Of a stretch of 64,000 bases of DNA, positions 18,548 to 26,866 are shown one piece after another. A model generated the notes under the pieces. The model was not told the origin of the DNA. It did not search any database and was given only the letters and a program-made list of their open reading frames with translations. The DNA is from Verrucomicrobiota bacterium. GTDB lineage: Bacteria; Verrucomicrobiota; Verrucomicrobiia; Limisphaerales; JACRJY01. The stretch lies in assembly GCA_016235585.1 (NCBI GenBank), contig JACRJY010000023.1, positions 30,560 to 94,559 of the forward strand. Direction: 5' to 3'. Numbering within the stretch: the stretch's first letter is position 1; each line of letters starts with the position of its first letter. The position numbers and the translations under genes are program-made.

Positions 18548-21500
18548 CTACGGCCTGATCAACCGGAACAACCGGCGGCCACTGGCATCATTGGTGACGA
18601 CCCAGTTGCTGCCGGAGAGCGACGGCACGCTCGTGCTGTTGCTCCAGGGGAACGGTGCGGGAACCGTCAGGTTCGTCGTGGTTTGCAGCACAAAGTTGGA
18701 CGCGGCCTGCGGCCACGAAACCGCCACGCCGCCCGGCGCACGGTTGATGAGCAGCACCGGCGGCGCACTGCGCTCCACCGTGACGGTGAACGTGTTGGTC
18801 ACGGCATCCACTCCACCATCAGCCGTCCCGCCGTCGTCCTGCACCACGACGGAAATGGTGGCGACGCCGCTGGCACCCGGCACGGGAGCCAGCGCGAGAC
18901 TGCCGGTCGCGCCCGGACTGACGTGGCTGATGTTCGTGACGACAACGATGCCGGAGTCGCTCGAACTCGCCGTGATGCTGATGGCCTGCGCTTCATTCGC
19001 AGCCCCCGTCCCGATGCCGCCCAAGTTCACCGCCACCGTGCCCGCGTTGTCGGCGACGGTGAGGTTCGTGATTGGATCAAGCGTGGGCGCGTCGTTCACC
19101 GGCAGCACGGTGATCGTGAAGGTGTTGGTCAGCGCATCCACGCCGCCGCTGGCGGTTCCGCCATCGTCCTGAACCAGCACGGAGATCGTCACCGTGCCGC
19201 CGACGTTCGTGACCGTGGCAAACGTGAGCGACCCGAAATTGTCCGGGCTGGTGTAGGAAACGACCGGTGCGGTGAGGATGTTGGTGTCGCTGGAAAACGC
19301 TGCGAAGGTCAACCCCTGCGTTTCCCCAACGCCCGCGCTGATGTTCGTGAGGTTGATCGCCAGCACGCCGGAGTCCTCAAGGATGGTGAGGTTGGACGGC
19401 GCATCGAGGGTGGGCGCGTCGTTCACGGGAAGCACAGTCACCGTGAAAACCGAAGCGACCGTGTCCACGCCGCCGGCAGTGGTGCCGCCGTCGTCTTTCA
19501 CCGACACGGTGATAATGGCCGTGCCGGTGGCGTTGGGGGCGGGCGCGAACACAATCTGCCCGGTGGTGTTCGGGCTGGTGTAGTTCGTGGCGAGGAAGGT
19601 CACGAGGTTCGAGTCGCTGGACACGGCGCGGAGCGTGAGAATCTGGTTTTCCAGACCGGCGGTGATGTTGGTGACGGAAATCACCTGCGGCCCGGCATCC
19701 TCCAAAGTGGTCAGTGCGTTGGTTTCCAGTGCCAGCGTGGGCGTGGAATTGGTTGGAAGCACAGTGACGGTGAAGGTGTTGGTGCGGCTGTTTCTGCCAC
19801 CATTGACCGTGCCAGCACTATCCAAAATGGTCACAGTGATGGTGGCCGTGCCAACCTGATTGGCTGCTGGTTTAAAACTCAACATCCCGGTAGAGCGTGG
19901 GGCGATGTAAGTGTTGGTCACACCTGTAGTAGTCAAAAGTGCGGGGGGAGAAGCGCTGACGCTTCTATTGAATGCCAAAAACTGCGTTGACTCATTTGAC
20001 GGCCCCGGCGCGATGCCCGTCATCGGCACATATTGCACCGGCGCATTGATTGCCAGAATCAGATTGGAAAACGGGTTCATGGTGGGCGCGTCGTTCACGT
20101 TCGTAACCACCACACGAAACGTGTTCGTCAGCGTGTCCACGCCACCGCCGTCCGTGCCACCGTCGTCGCGCGCCAGCACCGTGATGGTGACGGTGCCAAA
20201 CGCATTCGTCAGCGGGGTCAGGGTGAGCGTGCCGGTGGCGGGATAGTTCGTGCCCGGCGTGAAATTCAGCACCGGCGGAGCCAGAACATTTGTATCCGTC
20301 ACAAACACCGGAACCACCGACTCACTGATGAACGCGGTCAGGGTGACGATTTGCGAACCTTCATCCGAACCGCCGCCGGGAGCGACAATGGTCAACGTCA
20401 GATTTGTCGGGGCGGCATCTTCCAAGATGGTCAGGTTCGTCACCGCCGCCAGCACCGGCACGTCGTTCACCGGCAGCACCACCACGGTGAGGTTCGTGGT
20501 GAACGTGTCCACGCCGCCGCCGTCCGTGCCGCCGTCGTCGCGCACGGTGACCGTGATTGTCGCCGTGCCGCTGGTGTTCGTGGCGGAGCGCAGGACAAGC
20601 TGGCCCGTCGAATCCGGGCTGGAATAAACCACCGTCGCCGACGCGACGATGTTCGTGTCACTCGACACGGCGGTGACGGTGAGCGGCTGGTTTTCCAATC
20701 CAGCAGAGATGTTGCCCAACACGATGGCCTGCGAAACATCTTCGAGGATGACGACCGGGTTCGCCGGAAACTCCAGCGTCGGCGCGGCGTTGGTCGCGCG
20801 GACGGTGACGGTGAAGGTGTTCGTCACGGCATTGACGCCGCCGTTGGTGGTCGCGCCGCTGTCCTGCGCCACGAGGGTGATGGTGGTGGCCGTCCCGAAC
20901 TGGCTGGCGGCGGGCGTGAAGACCAGTTGCGCCGTGGTGCCCGGCAGCGTGTAAGAAACCGTGACACTGGAAATCAAGTTCGTGTCGGAGACCACCTGAA
21001 GTTCAGGCGGGAAGGCGACGAACTGTCCCTCAAGAGTCACTTCGTTGGTCGGGCCGCCGGTGATTCCCGTCAGGACATTCGTCTGCGGGCGGGCGTTGAG
21101 AGCGAGCACCATGTTGGAAACCGCGTTCAACGTCGGCGGGTCGTTGACGGAACGAACGACGACGGAAAAAGTGTTCGTCAGCGCATCCAATCCGCCATTG
21201 GCCGTGCCGCCATCGTCGCGGACAATGACCGTGAGCGTGACGGTGCCGAAGGCGTTCGTCAGCGGCGTGAAGTTCAGCGTGCTGGTCGTGTCCGGACTGG
21301 CGTAGGCCACCACCGGCGCGGCGATGATGTTCGTGTCACTGGAAAACGCCGTGACGGTCAGCGTCTGTGTCTCGCCGCCGCCAGCGGTGATGCCGGTGAG
21401 GTTGAGGAGTTGCGGCCCGGCGTCTTCGTTGAGGGTGAGATTGGAAAGCAGCGTGAGGGTCGGGGCGTCATTGGTGGACAGCACCGTCACCATGAACGTC

Positions 21501-24500
21501 CGAATGAGCGTGTCCACGCCGCCGTTGTCCGTGCCGCCGTCATCCTGAACGGTGACGGTGATGGTCACGATGCCGCTCGCATCGGGCAGCGGCGCATAGC
21601 TCAATGAACCGTTCGTGGCCGGGCTGGTGTAGGAAACCGTGGGATTCGGGATGATCAACGGGTCGCTGGACGCCGCCGTCACGGTGAGGTTTTGCGTTTC
21701 CCCGCCGCCGGCAGCGATTGAAGTCAGAGGCACAGTTTGCAATGGCGCGTCTTCGAGGATGATCTGGTTGGTCAGCACGGCCAAAGTGGGGATGTCGTTC
21801 ACCGGAAGCACCACGACCTCGAAGGTGTTGGTGACGGCGTCCACGCCACCGTTGAACGTGCCGCCGTCGTCCGTGAGCACAACGGTGAACGTGGCGGTGC
21901 CGGATTGATTGGTGCGCGATGAAAACCGCAGCACGCCCGTGCCAGCGGGGTTGGTGTAGTTCACCGTTTGGTTGGTGAACAGCACTGGGTTGCCGGTCGT
22001 CACCGTGAACGCCAGCATTTGCGTGATGCCGCCGCCGGAGGAAATCCCCGTCAGCGTGATGTTCGTCAGCCCGGAATCCTCAAGCATTGTGAGGCTGACA
22101 ATCGGGTCAACTGCGGGAGGAAGATTGACGGCGATGACATTGATTGGCCGGGCCGCTGAATGGCCATCGGCGGTGAAACGCACCCGGCGCAGCCCCGGCG
22201 TGAACGCGGCGAGATTGGTGGTTGCGCTGTTCGTGTTGAAATATCGCACCGAGCGCAGCGCCTCGTCATACTGCGCGAGGCTGGCTGCACCGCTCAACGC
22301 CAGTTGCCCGCAGGCAGGATCGAAGGTTCCCGTAATGCCGTTGGTGAAATCAAATAGGAGGTAATCCTCGAACGACACGTAGAGGCTGGTGGCGTTGGAA
22401 TCGAAGCTGATCAAGGCATTCGTCAACAGCACCGGATCCGGATCACGGATGGTCACGCTGTCATCCACGACCAATGGCGGCTGCCCCACCGTGTAGGTGA
22501 GCGTGTTGGTGAAGACGAGCATTTCCGAAGTAATTTCAAAAACAGCGAATCGCCCGATGGAATTTGTTCCGATGGTGGCGAAGGAGCCGCCAGCGAACAG
22601 GCGGTTGGACGTGGCATAGAGCGCCCAGACAGTGTCACTCGCGTCGGGGTTCCAAGCGGTAGTGTAGTTTATGCTGACACTGATGTTGGTGCTGGTGTTG
22701 ATTTCTGCCAGCCGACCCCGTGCCCGATTGGCGATAATGATGAACTGACCACCGGCATACACGTTCGTGCTGCGCGTGGCCAGGGACATGACGTTGGGCG
22801 ACACACTCGGGGCCGAGATAATCGGGTTCCACGAGGTGACGATGCCATCCGCCAGACTTACAGCCGCAAGACGGTTGCGCGCGTTCGTAATCGCGTTCGT
22901 GCCGGAATAATTGGTCAGGCGCGTGAATTGCCCGGCGACAAACAGCGAGTTGCTGTGAACGGCGAGGGCGAACACGTTGGAATCGCCCACGTCGCACCGC
23001 CAGTTCGTGTTGACCACGCCGCTGGTGAAATTCACCGCCGCCAGCCCGTGGCGTTTCACGCCGTTGACGCTGGTGAACGGCCCGCCGAGATAAAGGTTTG
23101 TGCCAGAGAGCGCCAGCGAGCTGATGTTGTTCGTGGTGACAACCGCGCCCGCCATGCCGACGTGGGCGGTGAAATTGGTGTCAAACACTCCATTGCTCAA
23201 GCTCATCCGGGCGACATTGGTTCGGAGCAACGCAGTGGAGCCGTTGGTCACACGGAAGAAATCTCCACCGACAAACAGATTGGTTTCGCTAGGAATCAGG
23301 GCGCGCACGGTGTCATTCGCCCCGTTGGTGAAACTGGCAACCGGATTGCCGAGATTGGTGTCCAAAGCGGCCAGTCGCCCGCGCGGAACCGGCAGGTTGG
23401 AGGAATTGGTCAGGAAGGTGAAATCGCCGCCCGCCCAAATGTTTGAGCCGATGCCGACAAGGGCAACCACGTTGTTGTTCGCGCGTGGATTCCACGGCAG
23501 CAACTGGCCGGTTCGCGCGTTGAAGGCTGCCAGTCGGTGGCGCGGGGTGCCTTTGACAAATTGAAAGCCGCCTCCGATGAACATGGCCCCAGTTCCATCC
23601 GAGGCGATGGTGTTGACCGTGCCGCCAGCATCCACGTTAAACCCGTTCCAGACAAGCGAATCTGATGTCGTTGAACTGGTGATTGCGACCACTCTTTTTT
23701 TCGCATAAGCCGAGCCGAAATTATCATTTTCAGTGACACTATTGAAGGAACCCGCCACAAAAATATTGGTTCCTGCAAAAAAAAGGGTTTCAACCGTGGT
23801 GTCAGTTTGAGGTGTCCAGTGTGTGTTGACGGTGTCATCCGACAAGTTCAATGCCGCCAGACGGGTGCGGGAGAAAATTTGATTTGTGTAAGTGGAAGTG
23901 ATCTGGTCGAAAGCCCATTGGGTTACATTTAGAAAACCTCCGCCGATATAGAGCGCGTTGCTACCCACTGCAAGCGCTCTCGGACTGCTACTGAAATCCA
24001 GCCAGCCATTTGTCAGAGGAACGCCAGTGTCTTTGTCCACCGCTGCAAATAACCTGCGAGGGAAGACATAAGGTGCCACGGCGTTGTTTAGGATACTTGT
24101 GAAAGACCCTCCCATGAAAAGCCTGGCTCCATCGGTAGCCAACGAAGACACAACTGTCAAAGCTGGGAAGCCAAGAATGATATTGGTGCTGGCATCCGCT
24201 TGAAATGGAGTTGGCTGGCCTGTTGTCAAATCAACCGCTGTCATGGATACGCGACTCACCACGTTGGTTACGGATTCCGCCAAGACATTTGTAACCCGTA
24301 AGTAACCACCACCAACATAGAGCGTGTTTTCAATTGCCAACAACGCCAACACTTCGCCGCTGAATGCCAGAGCCGACGCCATCGGGCGCACCGTGCCGGA
24401 AGCTGGGTCAAGCACCACCAGCCGGTAGCAGGCATTGGTCAGCACGGGCGTGCCATTAACCGTATTGACGACACGGGTAAAATTGCCCCCGACAACAAGG

Positions 24501-25012
24501 TTGCCGCCGTTGAGGAGGAGTGCATTGACCCTGCTGTCGAAATCCGCCGAGAAATTCGGGTCGAGCGTCCGATCCGGCAGGATGTGGGCGAGACGAGATT
24601 TTGACACACCGTCCACGACGATGAAGTTGCCGCCGACAAACCAGCCGCCATTGCCGTCCGGGATGGCGGTGTTCACGTCGCCCACGAAGCGCGGGAAGTT
24701 CGGCAGCGGGCTGCCATTCGTCGCGTAGATGATGGCCGCGTGACCGGTGTTGGTGCCGACTTCCGTGAACGCGCCGCCGATATAGACCACGCCGCCCTGC
24801 TCGACAATGGCGCTGACCTGGCCGTTGGGAATCATGAAGTCGCCCCGGGGCACGCTCTGCAACGGCAACTGCCCAAACGCGGCGGACAGGAACAGGGATG
24901 AGGCCAGCACGCCCGCGAAAAACAGCCGCAGAGTCAAATACACCCCGGCGGATGCCAAACCACCCCGATGGTCATCCGGGACATTGTGCCGCGTCATGCT
25001 CGCCGCCTTCAT
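18548..25012 (-). CDS. giant surface protein: N-terminal signal/anchor, beta-propeller repeat region (delta-60/DUF5122-like), 10 tandem ~110-aa cadherin/Ig-like repeats, ~80-aa C-terminal tail domain
   Basis: 2154-aa uninterrupted ORF. The hydrophobic N-terminus is LTLRLFFAGVLASSLFLSAAFG. Blades of the form LFVGGxFTxVxNxxRxRLAAV recur over ~22.4-24.9 kb. Ten repeats end in VNDAPTL and contain DDGGTxNGGVDxxTNTF. The protein ends in ...RRLFRLIRP. Confidence 0.9.
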   Translation of the reverse strand: MKAASMTRHNVPDDHRGGLASAGVYLTLRLFFAGVLASSLFLSAAFGQLPLQSVPRGDFMIPNGQVSAIVEQGGVVYIGGAFTEVGTNTGHAAIIYATNGSPLPNFPRFVGDVNTAIPDGNGGWFVGGNFIVVDGVSKSRLAHILPDRTLDPNFSADFDSRVNALLLNGGNLVVGGNFTRVVNTVNGTPVLTNACYRLVVLDPASGTVRPMASALAFSGEVLALLAIENTLYVGGGYLRVTNVLAESVTNVVSRVSMTAVDLTTGQPTPFQADASTNIILGFPALTVVSSLATDGARLFMGGSFTSILNNAVAPYVFPRRLFAAVDKDTGVPLTNGWLDFSSSPRALAVGSNALYIGGGFLNVTQWAFDQITSTYTNQIFSRTRLAALNLSDDTVNTHWTPQTDTTVETLFFAGTNIFVAGSFNSVTENDNFGSAYAKKRVVAITSSTTSDSLVWNGFNVDAGGTVNTIASDGTGAMFIGGGFQFVKGTPRHRLAAFNARTGQLLPWNPRANNNVVALVGIGSNIWAGGDFTFLTNSSNLPVPRGRLAALDTNLGNPVASFTNGANDTVRALIPSETNLFVGGDFFRVTNGSTALLRTNVARMSLSNGVFDTNFTAHVGMAGAVVTTNNISSLALSGTNLYLGGPFTSVNGVKRHGLAAVNFTSGVVNTNWRCDVGDSNVFALAVHSNSLFVAGQFTRLTNYSGTNAITNARNRLAAVSLADGIVTSWNPIISAPSVSPNVMSLATRSTNVYAGGQFIIIANRARGRLAEINTSTNISVSINYTTAWNPDASDTVWALYATSNRLFAGGSFATIGTNSIGRFAVFEITSEMLVFTNTLTYTVGQPPLVVDDSVTIRDPDPVLLTNALISFDSNATSLYVSFEDYLLFDFTNGITGTFDPACGQLALSGAASLAQYDEALRSVRYFNTNSATTNLAAFTPGLRRVRFTADGHSAARPINVIAVNLPPAVDPIVSLTMLEDSGLTNITLTGISSGGGITQMLAFTVTTGNPVLFTNQTVNYTNPAGTGVLRFSSRTNQSGTATFTVVLTDDGGTFNGGVDAVTNTFEVVVLPVNDIPTLAVLTNQIILEDAPLQTVPLTSIAAGGGETQNLTVTAASSDPLIIPNPTVSYTSPATNGSLSYAPLPDASGIVTITVTVQDDGGTDNGGVDTLIRTFMVTVLSTNDAPTLTLLSNLTLNEDAGPQLLNLTGITAGGGETQTLTVTAFSSDTNIIAAPVVAYASPDTTSTLNFTPLTNAFGTVTLTVIVRDDGGTANGGLDALTNTFSVVVRSVNDPPTLNAVSNMVLALNARPQTNVLTGITGGPTNEVTLEGQFVAFPPELQVVSDTNLISSVTVSYTLPGTTAQLVFTPAASQFGTATTITLVAQDSGATTNGGVNAVTNTFTVTVRATNAAPTLEFPANPVVILEDVSQAIVLGNISAGLENQPLTVTAVSSDTNIVASATVVYSSPDSTGQLVLRSATNTSGTATITVTVRDDGGTDGGGVDTFTTNLTVVVLPVNDVPVLAAVTNLTILEDAAPTNLTLTIVAPGGGSDEGSQIVTLTAFISESVVPVFVTDTNVLAPPVLNFTPGTNYPATGTLTLTPLTNAFGTVTITVLARDDGGTDGGGVDTLTNTFRVVVTNVNDAPTMNPFSNLILAINAPVQYVPMTGIAPGPSNESTQFLAFNRSVSASPPALLTTTGVTNTYIAPRSTGMLSFKPAANQVGTATITVTILDSAGTVNGGRNSRTNTFTVTVLPTNSTPTLALETNALTTLEDAGPQVISVTNITAGLENQILTLRAVSSDSNLVTFLATNYTSPNTTGQIVFAPAPNATGTAIITVSVKDDGGTTAGGVDTVASVFTVTVLPVNDAPTLDAPSNLTILEDSGVLAINLTNISAGVGETQGLTFAAFSSDTNILTAPVVSYTSPDNFGSLTFATVTNVGGTVTISVLVQDDGGTASGGVDALTNTFTITVLPVNDAPTLDPITNLTVADNAGTVAVNLGGIGTGAANEAQAISITASSSDSGIVVVTNISHVSPGATGSLALAPVPGASGVATISVVVQDDGGTADGGVDAVTNTFTVTVERSAPPVLLINRAPGGVAVSWPQAASNFVLQTTTNLTVPAPFPWSNSTSVPSLSGSNWVVTNDASGRRLFRLIRP
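18784..22125 (-). repeat. 10 in-frame tandem coding repeats, ~330 bp (~110 aa) each
   Basis: I counted ten units by hand in the translation. Each has the form PTLxxxxNLTLxEDxxxxxxxLTGIxAGxxExQxLTxTAxSSDxxIxxxxxVxYxSPxxxGxLxFxPxxNxxGTxTITVxVxDDGGTxxGGVDxxTNTFxVxVxxVNDA. Confidence 0.85.
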
Positions 25013-25080
25013 TTTGAGGTGGGGTTCTCATAACAAATCCCCCGCCGGTGCGCCATTCATTTTTCGTCAGCCCCAAGTCG

Positions 25081-25232
25081 GGGGAGCACACCCGCCCCGG
25101 GTGTGGCGGGATGCGCCCTCGCATCCTGCCCCGTGGCGCGAACCATGGCCGTGAAAATTTTGTATGGTTTCGGGCCACGCCGGGTTTTCCGCGAGGGCGC
25201 GGAAAACTGCACGCGAGGCGCGTGCGCTCCCC
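25081..25232. repeat. compact 152-bp copy of the GGGGAGCGC-TIR element
   Basis: It runs ggggagcacacccgccccgggtgtggcgggatgcgccctcgcatcc ... ttttccgcgagggcgcggaaaactgcacgcgaggcgcgtgcgctcccc. Its reverse complement aligns to 18052-18115 (about 95% over 60 nt) and to 18495-18540 (2 mismatches in 46). Confidence 0.8.
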
Positions 25233-25246
25233 GCTCGGCTTCGGGT

Positions 25247-26851
25247 TCAGTTCTTCGCCGCCGCCTTTTTCTTCGCGCCTTTCGGTGCCGCCTTGTCGGC
25301 GGGCGCGCCGCTGGCAACCGGCACGTCGTTCGTCTGTGCCGGGCCGGGCGTGCTGCGACCATCGCGCTGGTATTTTTCCAGCAGCGCCTTCAGCTCGCGC
25401 ACCTTGCCGGGCTGGTCGGCGAAGTGATTATGCCGCTGGGCAACATCTTCACGCACGTTGAACAACTCGCCGGGCGCAGCGGACTTCGCGTAGCCGCGCT
25501 GCTCCTTGAGCCACGGCGGTTCGCCACGCGCGCCGTTGTCGTCGCCGGTCGGCGCGTCAATGAGCACCCAGTCGCCCTTGCGGATGGCGAACTTCCCCGA
25601 AGCCGCGTGATGCACGGTCGCCTCGCGCAATGGCTTCGGATACGGCTCGCCAAGAAAAACCGGCAGCAGGCTGTAGCTGTCCGGCGCGGCAGAGTCGGGA
25701 AGTTTCGCGCCGAGAATCGCCGCGACCGTCCGCATGAAATCCACGTGGCAGATGGTTTCGCCGCTCACCGCGCCCGCTTTGATTTTCCCCGGCCAGCGTG
25801 CGAGGAACGGCACGCGATGGCCGCCCTCCCAGAGGTCGCGCTTCGCGCCGCGCAGTTCGCCCATGCTCCAGTGCTGGAACTGCGTCACCCGGTCATACGC
25901 GCCGGGGTTCACTTCGCCGGTGATTTCCGGGCCGTTGTCGCTGGTGAAGATGACGAGCGTGTTGTCGGCAACCCCGCTGCGCTGGAGCGCGGCGAGCACC
26001 TGTCCTGCCGTCCAGTCGGTCTGAACGACAAAATCACCAAAATCCCCTGCCCCGCTCTTCCCCTTGAACTCCGGCGCGGGCACCACCGGAAAGTGCGGCG
26101 ACGTGAGCGGGAAATAGAGGAAGAACGGCTGGCCCGACTTCGCCGAATCCTCGACCCACTTCACCGCGCGCTTCGTCAACTCCGGCAGAATGTTCACCAG
26201 CTTCCAGCCGGGCAGCATCGGGCCGGGGATGTTGAACTGCTCATCGCGTCCGCCCTCGCGCACCGACGGGATGCCGACGGTGCGGTCGTTCTCGATAAAG
26301 CAATACGGCGGGTAGTTCGGCACTTCGGTGCCGAAGTAGTAATCGAAGCCGCGCGTGGTCGGGCCGTCGGTCACGGGCTTCGAGAAATCCACGTTGCTCA
26401 TTGGATTCGTCCGGCCCGAGGGCGGCTGGCCGTCCTTTGTCGCCCACGTCCAGCCGAGGTGCCACTTGCCGATGGCGGCGGTCGCGTAACCATGCTGCTT
26501 GAGCAGCGTCGCGACCGTGAGCCGGTCGGGTGCGATGAGCGGCGGGGAATACGGGCCGAGCACATTGCGCTGAAGCCGCGTGCGCCACGAGTAGCGGCCC
26601 GTGAGCAGCGCGTAGCGCGTCGGCGTGCAGACCGAGTCGGGCGAATGTGCGTCGGTGAAGCGCATTCCCTCGCGCGCGAGTTCGTCAAGATGCGGCGTGG
26701 GGATTTTGGAATCCTTGTTGTAGCAGCCGAGGTCGCCGTAGCCGAGGTCGTCGGCGAGGATGAAGACGATGTTCGGCTTCGCGGCGTCGGCCAACCACGG
26801 AAGACACAGAAGACACGGAAGGAGGAGGCGGAGAAATGATTTTGGGTTCAT
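25247..26851 (-). CDS. sulfatase, secreted
   Basis: 534 aa. Starts MNPKSFLRLLLPCLLCLPWLADA. Also IVFILADDLGYGD and CxPxR VCTPTRYALLTGR. Tail AAPKGAKKKAAAKN. Confidence 0.9.
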   Translation of the reverse strand: MNPKSFLRLLLPCLLCLPWLADAAKPNIVFILADDLGYGDLGCYNKDSKIPTPHLDELAREGMRFTDAHSPDSVCTPTRYALLTGRYSWRTRLQRNVLGPYSPPLIAPDRLTVATLLKQHGYATAAIGKWHLGWTWATKDGQPPSGRTNPMSNVDFSKPVTDGPTTRGFDYYFGTEVPNYPPYCFIENDRTVGIPSVREGGRDEQFNIPGPMLPGWKLVNILPELTKRAVKWVEDSAKSGQPFFLYFPLTSPHFPVVPAPEFKGKSGAGDFGDFVVQTDWTAGQVLAALQRSGVADNTLVIFTSDNGPEITGEVNPGAYDRVTQFQHWSMGELRGAKRDLWEGGHRVPFLARWPGKIKAGAVSGETICHVDFMRTVAAILGAKLPDSAAPDSYSLLPVFLGEPYPKPLREATVHHAASGKFAIRKGDWVLIDAPTGDDNGARGEPPWLKEQRGYAKSAAPGELFNVREDVAQRHNHFADQPGKVRELKALLEKYQRDGRSTPGPAQTNDVPVASGAPADKAAPKGAKKKAAAKN

Positions 26852-26866
26852 AGAGGGCAGAGGGTG

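Noticed and set aside
18784-22125. Regular ~330-bp periodicity that could be mistaken for a CRISPR-like or satellite array (also at 41070-43322)
   Set aside because: The units are far longer than CRISPR repeats plus spacers and have no conserved short direct repeat. They are in-frame protein repeats within intact giant ORFs.
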